Below are positions 1-12,179 of a stretch of 64,000 nucleotides of DNA, one piece after another. A model generated the notes under the pieces. It made no database searches. It was not told where the DNA came from and saw only the letters and a program-made list of their open reading frames with translations. Position 1 is the stretch's first letter. Every line of letters begins with the position of its first letter. The DNA is from Camelus ferus (taxonomy: Eukaryota). Where the stretch lies: contig NC_045696.1 of the NCBI RefSeq assembly GCF_009834535.1, positions 107,944,001 to 108,008,000 of the forward strand, given 5' to 3'. A program made the translations under genes and the position numbers.

Positions 1-45
1 CATCTGCAGAACAGACAGAATGTCAAAGAAAGCACTCAGACAACT
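1..45 (-). other. 3' splice acceptor immediately followed by ATG (positions 3-1); candidate first coding exon running off the window
   Basis: Minus strand reads ttgtctgagtgctttctttgacattctgtctgttctgcag|ATG: polypyrimidine tract, CAG, and possible branch points (ctgag/ttgac). Only 3 exonic bases are visible. Confidence 0.5.
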
Positions 46-303
46 AAAAATATTGGGTGGACTGCCAGGGGAAAACCAGCGCTACTCTAGTGATCACCCA
101 CAACCACAGCGTTTCAAGGAAGCGACAGAGCTCCCCAAACTCTGCTCCAACAAAAAGTGCACTGAGTCTGTCTTGTGGAATGCTAGGTGGCCTAAGACTT
201 CTTGTATTCTCTCTGGGCCTCCGTTTCCTCAAGCGTTTGGCTGCGCTCTGTGAATTACACACTGAGCTTGTCAGAGTTCCCTTGGAAGCTGCCAAAACGA
301 GCC

Positions 304-318
304 GTTTCCCATAGCAAC
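304..318. promoter_or_regulatory. RFX X-box-like motif
   Basis: GTTTCCCATAGCAAC, an imperfect palindrome of X-box type, next to a small CpG-enriched patch (80-305). Confidence 0.45.
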
Positions 319-484
319 CAGAATAGCTCTGCTGTTATCTGTTTTATATATTGGATGGATCTATAAAAAATGTTTCACTTGAAAAAACAGATTTCTATAG
401 CTAAAAGTATTTTTAAAATCACAGGATTAAAAAAAATCACATTCACCCTTCAGATTATTTAATCATTCACGAAGGTAAAAATAT

Positions 485-800
485 AAATGTATAGTGGAGG
501 GATGTGAAAGTCACCACCTTAACACCTTAGTTAAACTTAGCATCACTAGTGGTGGGATAATCAGATAATGTGTACCTCCCAGTACAGTGCAATATGGAGA
601 CTAAAGTATCATTTATGGTTTTCTTGCCCAAAATATTTAGCTTTAATTAAATTTTTAGATTTCATGTCCACTTATAGGAAATACAGGCAATAGAGAAATA
701 AGTTACACACCACCATGAGTAAACAGAGAAATTCATAATGGGGCTCATTCTGTAAGAAACTGGCCTGGTCTCTTCAATAAATCAGTATCATAAGGGGAAA
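485..800 (+). mobile_element. Ancient L1 (L1M-type) 3' UTR fragment
   Basis: Resembles old L1ME/L1MC 3' UTR (caccaccttaac...aaacttagcatcactagtggtgggataa...actggcctggtctcttcaataaatcagt). Confidence 0.5.
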
Positions 801-1519
801 AGCATGCATGTGGAGGTGGGTAGGTGAGGGAGAGGCAGAAGGAACACCAACTATAAAGGCTCTGAGAACAGACTACAGGGGCAGGCACAGAGGCAGGGAG
901 ACGAAAAAGGGGGCTAAATTTGCCTGGGCTAATTCAGGAAAAGATGATGCTGGCTTGGACCAGGTGGTAGCAGAGGAAGGGTGAGAAGTCAGACTCTGGA
1001 TGTATTTTGAAACAAGAGCCTGTGGGTCAGATGTATGAGTTTTGTGGGGAAAAAGGAGGTTGAGGATGAATCTAAGGTTGATTTTTTTTTAACCGTTGTT
1101 GTTTGTTTGCCTCAACAACTGGAGGAAGAGAACTGACTTAACTGAGACTGGGAAAACTGCAGGGAGAGCAGATGTGTTGGTGGGAACAGGAGTGATAGTG
1201 TCTAGAAAGATCAGTAGTTCTGTTTTGGGCATTACTTTTGAGGTGCCCATTAGACACTCACGTAAAGACATGCAGAATGCTGTTAGAGACCTGAGTCTGG
1301 ATTTCTGGGGAGAGATTTAGGCTGATACCAACTTAAGAGACTAGATGAAATCACCAAGGCGGGGAATGCAGAAAGAAAAGACGAAGAAACATACAGAAAT
1401 ATTTATTCTATAATAAATCTTAGTTTCTAAGATTCTATAGAAATCTACATTTCCATATAGGAATAGAACATAGAAGGAAACATCCAAAGGCTGAGCCTAG
1501 GGGCACTCAAACATGCAGA

Positions 1520-1694
1520 GGAGCGCTGTCCAATAGAACTCTGTAAGATGATGAAATATTTATATATCTGTGCCATTCAATCACTCCCCACATGTGGCTA
1601 CTGAGCACTTGAAATATGGGTAATGTAACTGAATAATTGAAAATTTAATTTAAATAGCTACATGAGCTAGCGGCTATAGTACTGGACAGCCCAG
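1520..1694. mobile_element. MER3-like hAT-Charlie MITE
   Basis: cgctgtccaatagaact...cacatgtggctactgagcacttgaaat...tagtactggacagc matches MER3 as recalled. Confidence 0.75.
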
Positions 1695-1764
1695 ATCTAG
1701 AGTTTGGAGAAGTGAAGAGGAAATCAGCAGAAAAGACTGAAAAGAAGTAGTAAGAGAAGGGGGA

Positions 1765-2294
1765 ACCATGACAAGTTCTCCAAGGGTCTCCTGTGTTTCT
1801 GTACACACTGCAAGCAAGGCACTGCTGCCTGTCTTGATAGTCAGTGTTATTTTTATATGATATGATAGTTCTGGACTAGTTTTTCAAGAATGTGTAACAA
1901 ACAGCCTTGGAAGACTTGATACTGTCTTGCTCTGGAGCAAAGGGTCACTGACCAGTACAATAAACATGTTTCCCCCTGGAACAAAGAGAAGGTATGCTTA
2001 TTGCCCATCATAAAAGATTTGGGCTCTCTAAGGTCATGTTCCTTTCTAGTAAAACAAGCCACCACGTGTGCAGGTGTAGTCTGGCCCCACCCACATTGCC
2101 TCAGAGGTAACTGGGCCTCAGGGAATCAGTATAAAAATACTCCTACTCAGGCTACTCTATTGCTGTAAGTAATAAGCTGTCTTTTGTCTCTGATCCAGAA
2201 GTCTTCTGTTTTCTACCACCACTCTCAAAACTGGCAAGCTAACTTGTTAGCTTACAAATAGGGCAAAATATTAGGTCCTGCATAGTTCTTGACA
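1765..2294 (+). mobile_element. LTR40a-like solo LTR (ERVL)
   Basis: Matches LTR40 along its length (aacagccttggaaga; ggagcaaaggg; gctactctattgctgtaagtaataa; gctaacttgttagctt) and ends ...gttcttgaca. Confidence 0.8.
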
Positions 2295-3149
2295 AGCATT
2301 TTAGTATAAAGTGAAAAAGGTGTTTAGAAGAGGAAAGAGTGGTTAACTTGGCTCCTGAATGTTGTCAGATAAGTATTCAGAAATGACAGATGTTTTGATG
2401 GAATTATGGGAACAGAAATCTGACTGGCTTGAGTACAAGAAAGAATGGGAAGAGAAAAACTAGCAACAGAACTCAGTCAACTCTTCCAAGAAGTTTTCCT
2501 GTGAAGTTTAAGTGAAATAGGGCAACAGAGGGGAAAGTCGAGTCAAGGAGGATTATTTTTAAGACAGGGGAAATATTTTCATGTATAAGACAATGATTCA
2601 GAAGAGGGTAAAACTGCTATAAGAGAAAGAATTATGAAGCACTTTGGTTAGTTCTTTCACAATAACAGGAGAGAAAGCGGAGTATATGGATATTACTGCA
2701 AGTAGTGGGTAAGTATGGTGGCGAAAGCTTGTGAAAGCACTTTTTCTCCTATTCCTTTTCTGAATTAGGAAGCAAGATCATCAGTTGAAAGTGAGGAGTG
2801 AGGAGGAGATGGTGAACATGTAAGGAGACTGAAGACATGTAATAATCTCCTAGGAGGAGATGAAACAGAGAAAATGACTGGGGAAACTTAGTACAACTGC
2901 CAGGCAACATTCCGGGTCCACTTGGGGTTATGAGCATTAATTTAACATAAGCTCAGAAGCATGATTTTTACAGGCGTGGTACAGGGCAAAGAATGGGATT
3001 TAATCAGTGCTGTGGTTTAGCCAAGCAAGGGTGCTGAAGTGAGAGAGAGGCAAAGGAACTGAGGATATATGCAAGGGAGAGATGATGATGATGGACCCCA
3101 AGCCTCTATCCTAGCTCCTGAAATCCTAACTCTTCCAGCTGAGCCTTGT

Positions 3150-3690
3150 GGGACTCATGGGTAGATAACAACAAAATCCCCAGATCCCAAACCTCTTCTC
3201 TGCAGCTTTCTTCAACTTCCTTTACCTTCTTATTTAAACCGAAACTGGACTGTCCCCTGAGGATGCTTCCCTGTAGCCCTTAGATGATGCCTCTTTTTCT
3301 CTTCCACATCTTTCAAACATGAGGCCTGGTAGGCGCCCTTCCTGTTCCTCATTGTTACTTCCACTCCATTCTCCCTCTCCCCTCTCCCCAAATCCCCTGC
3401 TCTGAAGTCATATACCATTAGACTCTACCACCCACTACCCTTCTTTAACTGCAGTATTTAAGGCTCCCCAAGGTCACTCCCTTTCATTGCTTGATTTTAG
3501 CCTTTAGTTCGCAGTCACTCCAACACTATTTCTATGATAATTCTTATTGATTTCAACATCCAACCAGATAATCCATCTGATATCCTGGCCTCTAAGTTTC
3601 TTGGTCCTTTTCTCCACAATGATAAATATGCTGATCTTGTTTTCTACCCTGTCTCAACCACTTTCTCCCATGATTATACTCTCTGTCTTC
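3150..3690 (+). mobile_element. L2 endonuclease-domain fragment
   Basis: Decayed APE-endonuclease motifs TETGLSPE (~TETWL) near 3238 and ILIDFNIQPDNP (~ILGDFNIH) near 3540. Confidence 0.7.
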
Positions 3691-6254
3691 AGAACATCTA
3701 AAAGTGTATTTTAATAACCATATATCTGAAGGAGTATCATTTACGAAAAATTAACTGGTGAGTTCCGAGTAAGAACACCCTCTGTAGGCGTCCACTGGCC
3801 GAGTTGAGGGAATGGTCATACATCAGGCACGACCACCCTCTGCAGGAATTCCTGCTAACATCATCAGCAGATAATGAGAGCAAGAAGAACTAGGCATGCT
3901 TCCTCTTTGAGGATCCTTATCTTGGGCTTGTATTCCTTAGATGCAGGGGAAATGTGTGTGTGTAGGGTTAGGGGAGAGGTAGTCATGCTGCTATGTTGAC
4001 TGACCCTTCTTGTATTGGGCTTGCAAAGGGAAGACTAATATTATTACATCATCAGTTTTAAAAGTACTTATATGCTAGATATTGTGCTAAGCACATAAAT
4101 GCACTATCTTATTTAATTTTTATCAAAGTCCATCTGTCCTACACCACGTCCATATTAAAGCTAAAGGAGCGGGGATAGTCAGTACCTGAGTCCCTGCCAT
4201 AACCCCAGATTTCTTGACTCCTAGGGAAGGAATTGTCTCAAATTTTACTGGCATAAGAAAAAGACAGGAAGGATGGAAGGACAGAAGAAAGGAAGGAAGA
4301 GAAGACATAAATCTATAGAACCCTGAAGTCACTCCAGTAACCTGGATAGAAAAAACAAAAAGGTTTCTTTTTAACCCCAATTCTGTGCTTTAGAAAGCTT
4401 GAAAACCTAATAAATTTATTAATGAATGATGAAATTGTGACACACGAAATAGCCATATAAAAGAAAATCATAACAGATAAGTTAATGGAGTAAAATTTAA
4501 AAGTTAGACTCAAGAACCAATGAATAATGTTAAGGCTACCTAACTGAATTTCAGACTGTAAGTGTATTACCAAACTTTATAAGCATAATTAAGACAATGA
4601 GCTTGTTCAACCTTAAAACTGACTGGGACATAATTAAAAGCATATTCACAAATGGCATCATATCCAGAAATAGAACTATATTGTACAAGACATGCCATAA
4701 AACCAAGTACAAAGCTTAATTTTTTTTTTTTGGAACAAGTGACCTATGAGATTAAATCAACAGGAGGGAAATGGAAAATGCAGAAGATTCTAAATGTGGA
4801 AGAGCTGTGAAAATCAGGACAAGAAAAAATTAATGGAAGTGTGAAATACAAGATTTGATTTGGAGGAAACATAAATACAAAGACTCAGTGCAAAGATTCT
4901 CTGAACAGAAGAAACGAGTAATTTCCATTCACAGAATATTTATTAAGCATTTATAGCCTGCTACAGTTTCTCAGGAAGGGGGATGATGGGATTCAGGTGG
5001 CAGTGTGATGGATCACAGAGGCAGAAGCAGAGATGAGTCAGAAAGCCACTGCAATTTACTCATCCTTATAACCCCAAAGTAGAGCCAGTGCACAGCATAA
5101 CATAGAAATTCAATGTATTTACTTAATATATGAAATGTTAGATGCTGCGGAGCACTCTGAAATTCAATTGGGGAAGGGGAACAGGGCAAATATCCAATAG
5201 AAATATCTATGGGCAAGAAGGAAATGCAGATTATTTTGAGCTGAAAACCTTCACAGTTTTTACCTGTGTCCCTCAACAGAACCCAGTGTTTCCCCATTTC
5301 TTTGTTCCCATCCTAGATACAGCTTTAAAATCTTATTTATTGATTCAATGGATCTGCTCTATTTAATCAGCTTTAATGTATCCTAGATGAAGTCGTATCA
5401 CAGATAAGACCACTGGCTCACTTTTGCACTGATCCAGCAAATCTCTGAGCTTGCCCACTGGAAGAGCGTACGAAACACTTGTCTGCCTGTAAGACAACTT
5501 CAGGCAAAAGACTGTGGTCCTGTAGGCTCAAGAGTAGTACCAAACAAAGTAAAACAACCACTGGGGCACAAGTCTGAATCACCACCTCCAGTGGGGCTCT
5601 GTAGCCACAATCTCAGCAGAAAAAATTTCATTCAATATCATAATAGGGGTGCTGGGGAGGTGGCGGGGGCTAGGAAAGAGGATGCTGAGATCATACAGGA
5701 AAACAGAGCTGAGAACAAGGTTTGACTGCAGGAAGCCAAGAGGGGAGACATGATGGGCATCCAACCCAAAAGTTCAGAAGAAGGTATAGAGGTTGAGCAC
5801 AGAGTCAGAAATTTGAGAGCATGAGAGCTGAGAATGAACAGTTATCTGCTGTAATAGACCAAGTAGGTTGTTCATGATTTGCTTTGTATTTGTTGTTATA
5901 TCAGACTGAGCTGACAGGTCCATGTCTAACAGTCAGGGTCAGGGCAGCCACCAAGCATCATCAACCTGTCATTTGGCCTCAAGTACCCTGAATGAGATGA
6001 TGAGAACCCTAAGATAGTCCCAAAGTTCTTCATTCAGTTGACATTCTACATGTGGGACTAAGGGATTTCTGTATTCTACAGATGAGGTCCAGCAAGGGTT
6101 TGTTATTAATTACAGACAGACAACCCAAATAGTCTAGTACATATACAATCAGAGTACCTTACTGGGGCAATAGGTCTTTTTACAGATACCTTGGTAGGTG
6201 TTTGGAAATCCATAAAAGTGAAATGGCCATCTGACATATTTGTAGGCCATATTC

Positions 6255-6890
6255 AGGCAATAAGCTCACTCAGTAAGGCCTGTCAACCCTATCTCCAAAA
6301 TCTCTCTCAGTTTCGACCACTTCTCATTAGAATTCTGCTAGAATCCTGGCCCAAATTATCAAGCCTGCACTACTGTTAAGGACTTCTAACTGGTCTCTCT
6401 GCTTCTACCCTTGCCACCCACCCCCATAAGCCAGTCATTCTCCAAACTGCACAACTACAGTAATACAAATCAGAGCAAATCACTCTATTTTAAATTTAGA
6501 AGATTTAAAGTCTCCTATTTAAAAATCACTTCAATGGTTACCTACTTCATTTTGAACAATATTCAAAGTCCTCACCCATGGCCTAGTATAGCTCCAGAAT
6601 CTACGCATCGCTTTCCTGACCTCATCTTGTACTGTTCTCCCTTGGCCTTTGGTTTGGTTCCTCCAACAGCCTTGACCAAGGCCCCATTTCATTACTTTCT
6701 ACCCCATTACCTAGTTTACTATCTGCACAGCACTTATCAGTATCTGTAATTGTTTTACTGTTTACACATTTACTGTATTTAACCCATGCAATAGAATGTA
6801 CACTCCACAAGGGCAAGGATCTTGTTTGCCTTGTTTACCCTGTATCCCAACACCAGAACAGTGCCTTGTATAGAGGAAGAACTTAATGAG
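6255..6890 (+). mobile_element. L2 3' fragment
   Basis: cttctaactggtctctctgcttctacccttgcc ... tagaatgtacactccacaagggcaaggatc ... agaacagtgccttgtatagagg. Confidence 0.75.
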
Positions 6891-7895
6891 AAAGAGGAGA
6901 AAAAAGAGAAGGAAGCAACTTGCTAATATACTACCGTTTCTATTTCTTTGGATGAGACTTAGGCTAGGAAAAAAGCCACCTTTTAAAACTAGTTTAAGGA
7001 GGGGCTGATTGATACCACCTAGAATGAAGTGGCCCTCTTGGATATTTCTGGTAACTGCTTAGCTTAATCTTGCATTTTACCTGATGAAAAGGTTTAAGCA
7101 TATTCCTTGAACGTAAATCCAGCACCCCTGGCCCCTGTCATGAATGCCCAAGTACTGAGAGGCAAAGTACAGAAGACCACCCACTAGAGTTTCAAGACCC
7201 CACACTCCCTCCCAACACACACTGAGAAAGTGCCAACAGGAGGATCGATTACGCTTGTACTATAGCTAGGAAAGTTCTTTTACAAAAGTCTATTCATCAA
7301 TAGATCTCTGGCTCACCAGCAAGGGGGCCCTTTATCAGCCTGATCAAATTTAGTTAACCTATGTTCAAATCCCTAGAGAATGCATTCTTGCATAGGCACT
7401 TGCTTACCCAACCATCTGAGAACATTTTGTCAACCAGGTCTTGGTCCCTCAACTGATGACTGGAGACCATTAAGAGCTTCTGCTGGTAGCATTGTAGCGC
7501 AGTACACCTACCCCTGGTGGTGTTCCTCCTAATGAATGACCCTGTTACTACTCACCTGTGCTATGCATGAAGGGCTCAAAACAAACTGAATCCCACTACA
7601 TCGGTGGACCAGAACGTTTGAATGTCAGTGGTTACCAAACTAGGTGAGCTGAAGGGAACTTCATGGAGCTCTCCAGTCTGGTTTGTCATCTGTCTAAATA
7701 GATTTTTATGATGATTGTGACTGGGAAACAGACTTTGGCCTAAGGTATCTAAATCTTGATAGGTATTATGGTGCAGGTCTTATGGAAATTTTTGTTTCTA
7801 TTCTGAAAAGTTTTAGACATTTACTTCATTTCACCTCCTAGGACCCTCATTCCTACTGGGTGGGAATCAGCCATAAAGATAACTGGGGCAACAAA

Positions 7896-7910
7896 GTTGC
7901 CTAGGGTTAC
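7896..7910 (-). promoter_or_regulatory. RFX X-box motif
   Basis: Minus strand GTAACC-CTA-GGCAAC fits the GTNRCC(N0-3)RGYAAC consensus. Confidence 0.4.
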
Positions 7911-8039
7911 AGAGTGGTTCATGTGGTGAACTGACCTAATCTTCCTTTTCTATTATACTCTGTCTTTTTGTTGGTGAGGGGGGTGGGTACATATTTTATA
8001 ATCCTCTCTTCTTTTCCCCAGAGCTCAGGGCACCAATTA

Positions 8040-8470
8040 ATTCCTTTTCAAACAAGCCTTTCCTCCTATGTACTGAACAAGAGATGTCCCTACTTCTGAG
8101 AGACCTGTCTTGTCCACAGGCTAGGTAGAACTTTATATGTAACATGCTTTCCAATCCCTAGTCAAGTTTAGTTGGGACACTGACTCAAGGTAGGCCAATC
8201 ATGTTTTCTCTCCGGGGGACTTGGAATTGAAGTACTGAAACATTGGCAATTAGTTGCGAGCTCTGGATCTTAAAGTCCTACAGATTTGATGGCTGAGCCC
8301 ACTGCTGTAAGGCATCCATGATAAGTAACATGGCAGAAGAAGCTGGTGTTAAAACAGAGCATATATAATACAGATGGAAAGAGAGAGGAAAGCATGTTCA
8401 GTTTCCATGATGGCTGGCTGTACTTAATAAAACTGCAGTGAACTGATGTGCTCTCTGTGTTACTATAAAC
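8040..8470. mobile_element. Old ERVL-type LTR fragment (LTR33/LTR16-like)
   Basis: gacactgactcaaggtaggccaatcatg...ggacttggaattg, typical of the LTR33 class. Confidence 0.4.
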
Positions 8471-8475
8471 AACCT

Positions 8476-8580
8476 TTTTTTTTTTTTTTTTTAAAAAAAA
8501 AGGAGGCATTGGGGTTTGAACCTAGGACCTCATGGATGCTAAGCATGTGTTCTATCTACCCCTGAGCTAAACCCATCCCT
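8476..8580 (-). mobile_element. Camelid tRNA-Ala-derived SINE (diverged)
   Basis: Poly-T followed by ggaggcattggggtttgaacctaggacctc...gctaagcatgtg...tgagctaaaccc. Confidence 0.8.
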
Positions 8581-9099
8581 AACACTTATTACTCATATAC
8601 CTTTAAGTGGATATTTACTCCTTGAAACCAATCATTTTCTATGACAGGTAAACGTACACCTTCATCAATCTTCTCTCTCCATTTTTCTTTCAGCTCTAGC
8701 TTTCATTATACTCTACTGCCTTCCCTCTCTTGGTCTCTCTTCATTTAATCTGTAGCCAAAAAATCATCATCATGTGTAATGGATACTTACCCTGGTTTTT
8801 AGCAGCCCAGAATCTTTCACATATTCTAATCTGATTATAATGGGGCAGTTGATCAATACATGTGTCCATCTACCCACTTTTAAGAGCAAAGCAACAACAT
8901 GGATTGAAAGGGGGAAATTATTGCCCTCCTAAAAGTGAGCATCAATGCTGTGTTCTTCAGTTAAAGGGCCCCATCATATGACACATCCTGTACCTGCCCT
9001 CTGATGATGGTACATATCTTTTCCAGGCTGGCCATTCTGGATCCAGGCCCAATCAGACATCAGTCAGTACAATTTCAGTGATCAGGTCTTCAATGAAGA

Positions 9100-10515
9100 T
9101 CAGTGTTTCTCAACCTTTTTTGACCAATAAACACTTCAAAAAATAACATTGCAAACCTCCTTAGGAATTTTTTAAATTATTAAAAAATCTTTTGTATGAC
9201 ATAAGATAAAGCAATTTTAAGTAAAAATATTTCATCTTAGATCAGGATATTACTAAAGCTTTATTATAAAGTTCATGTGGCAACATCTTTAATTATATTG
9301 ATAAAACTATATTGATAATATTTAATGACAAATTTTGACTTTTGCTCACAGTACATGAACTGTTTTATCACGTAAAGAAAATCACAAGTTGTCAAATAAA
9401 ATTGTCAAAAATTAAAAGATGGATTGATTTACAACCAAATGTATTAAATTAAAAGACGGACTTGGTACCAAATGTATATTGAAATGTAGCCTGAAGTTTA
9501 ATCTGCGTTATAGCATCCAAAATAAACAAACTTTAAAAACCTGATAGTTGGAATTCTTCCGTTTTGATTTTATAAAAAATTAACTGCTTATTTTGATAAT
9601 TCAGAGGTTTAGTTTTTAAACATCAAGGCAGGACAAATGGTTTCATGCTGCTCTCTCAGAGAAGTTCTCAGCAAACACAAATACACTGCAGATCTTTATC
9701 ACCAATAAATAAAAAGCCAGTTGCATAGAAGAATCTTTTCTTTTTTTCTTTTTTGTATTTCAAATGTTTAAATCTTCCCTTTTTAGAAATTTAAACACCT
9801 AACAGAGTATGATCAATTATAGTAAATAAACATCCAGCTGTCTGTAACACCAGCGGCATAGTAAGTTGAAAATGAATTCTTTTTCAGAGCAAAAATCTCT
9901 TCCTTATTTAATACCAATGGAGTCTTTCAAATGACAATCCATTTTAGAAATGAAAGCATCTTAATTTGATTAGACACCTCCTAAGCTTCATGATATTCAA
10001 TACAGTATCTTTATCTTGCTATTTGTATTTGGTGAACCAATCTGAAATTATTTTCTAGAGTGGCTTTAAGAAGAGGAAATAGCAAATGCCACTTACATGC
10101 ATGTATGAATACTTCTGTGACTTTAAACATAAGGCATGCCTGGCTAATTTTTTTTAATTTAAAATAATTTTAAAACTCTTTTTATTTTGAAATAATGAAA
10201 GATTTTCAGAAGAACCGCAAAGAGAGTACAGAGAATTCCCTTATACCCATCATCCAACTTCCTTTAATCATGTAGTTTTTAAAGTATTAGAAACATCTTG
10301 ATGTTTCATAAAAATTTTGACAGATGAATGCAACTTAACATATTTCATAAGAGGCATCTTGAAATACTTTTGCAGAATTATCATTTTCATGCTTCACATT
10401 AATTTATGATATTCTGACATGTGTTTTACACATGTTCCATCTTTAACCAACAGTCCATTATGGGTACAAACTAAATTATACTTACGACTAAGAACAACTC
10501 TTAAAAACAGTATAA
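9100..10515. mobile_element. Probable hAT (Charlie-like) DNA transposon remnant containing a small L1 fragment (~10180-10270)
   Basis: Starts with a Charlie-type terminus cagtgttttctcaacctttttt followed by a long AT-rich body. Family not pinned down. Confidence 0.4.
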
Positions 10516-10519
10516 TGGT

Positions 10520-12165
10520 CCTTAAACTCTTCCAAAAAAACAGAAGAGGAGGGAGTATTTCCTAACTCATTTTATTTCTTAATTTATTTTTATTTTTATT
10601 TTTTGCAGGGGGGAGGTAATTAGATTGATTTATTTATTTGATTTTTCAGGGCTTGAACCCAGGACCTCAGGCATGCTAGGCATGTGCTCTACCACCTGAG
10701 CTATACCCTCCCCCCTTCCAAACTCATTTTATGAGGCCAGTATTACCTTTAATTAAACCAGACAAGGACACTACAGGAAAAGAAAATCACAGGCCAATAT
10801 CCTCGATGAACAAAGATGAGATAAAAATTCTCAGCAAAACAGTAGCAAACTGAAATCAACAATATAGTAAAAGAATCACACACTTTGGTCAAGTGGAATC
10901 TGTTCCAGGGATGCAAGGATGGTTCCACATCCACCAATCAATGTGATATATACATCACATTAACAAAATGAAGGATAAAAAGTGATCATCTCAATAAATG
11001 CAGAAAACACATCTGCAATCCATTCATGAGAAAAATTCTCAAATAGGGAAAGAGAGAATGTATCTCAACATAAAAAAGGCCATATATGACAAGCCCATAG
11101 CTAACATGAGACTCAACAGTGAAAAGTTTAAAGCTTTTCTTCTAAGACTGAGAACAAGGATGCCCACTCTTACCATTTTTATTCAACATAGTATTTGAAG
11201 TCCTAGCCACAGCAATTAGGCAAGAAAAAGAAATAAAGCATCAAACTCAGAAAGAAAGAAATAGAACTATCTCTATTTACAGATGATATAGTATTATATA
11301 CAGAAAACCCTAAAGACTCCATCAAAAAACTGTTAGAACTATTAAACAAATTCAGTAAAGTTGCAGGACACAAAATCAATACAAAAATCAGTTTCACTTC
11401 TACACATTAATAATAAACTATCAGAAAGAGAAATTTAGAAAATAATCCCATTTACAACTGAATTAAAAAGGATAAAAGACCTAGTAATAAATTTTACCAA
11501 AGAGGTTAAAGATGAGTACACTGAAGTACTAAAAGACACTGATGAAGGAAACTGAAGACACAAAAAATGGAAAGATATTCCATGTTTGTGAGTTGGGAAA
11601 ATTAATAGTAATTTAATAAAAAACTAAAAAAATATTAATTATCCAAAGCAATCTACAGTTTCATTGCAAATCCTATCAAAATTCCAATGGCATTTCTCAC
11701 AGAAATAAAACAAACAATCCTAAAATTTGTATGGAACCCAAACAAAAGACCCCAAATAGCCAAAGCAATCTTGAGAAAGAAGAACAAAACTGGAGGCATC
11801 ATACTACCTGATTTTAAAATATATTATAAAGCTATAATAATCAAAATAGTGTGGTATTGGAGTAAAAATGGACACAGATCAATGGAACAGAATTCAAAAA
11901 TAAACCCACACATATGCGGCTAGTTAATTTATGACAAAACAGACAAGAATATGCAATGGGGAAAACAGTCTATTCAATACACGATGCTGGAAAAATTGGA
12001 CAGCCATATGGAAAACAGTGAAACTGAACCGCTATTTACACTATACACAAAAATTAACTCAAAATGGATTCAAGACTTGAATATAAGACCTAAAATCATA
12101 AAATTCCTAGAAGAAAACATAGGCAATAAGCTCTGTGATATTGGTCTTGGCAAATTATTATTATT
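10520..12165 (+). mobile_element. L1 ORF2 (RT region) fragment, many stops and frameshifts
   Basis: ORF2 peptides [41 protein letters not shown] in the ORF track. Confidence 0.92.
10575..10715 (-). mobile_element. Camelid tRNA-Ala-derived SINE inserted in L1
   Basis: gggaggtaattag tail and ttgaacccaggacc...tgagctataccctccc head. 16-bp TSD ttcc(t/a)aactcatttta at 10559-10574 and 10716-10731. Confidence 0.9.
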
Positions 12166-12179
12166 ATTCAAATAAATAG

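Larger units (their letters stand above)
860..3098 (-). mobile_element. L2 LINE, fragmented, interrupted by MER3 and LTR40a
   Basis: Typical antisense L2 text (gatgatgctggcttggaccaggtggtagcag...ctggatgtattttgaa; gactgaaaagaagtagtaag; agtcaactcttccaagaagttttcctgtgaag). Confidence 0.7.
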
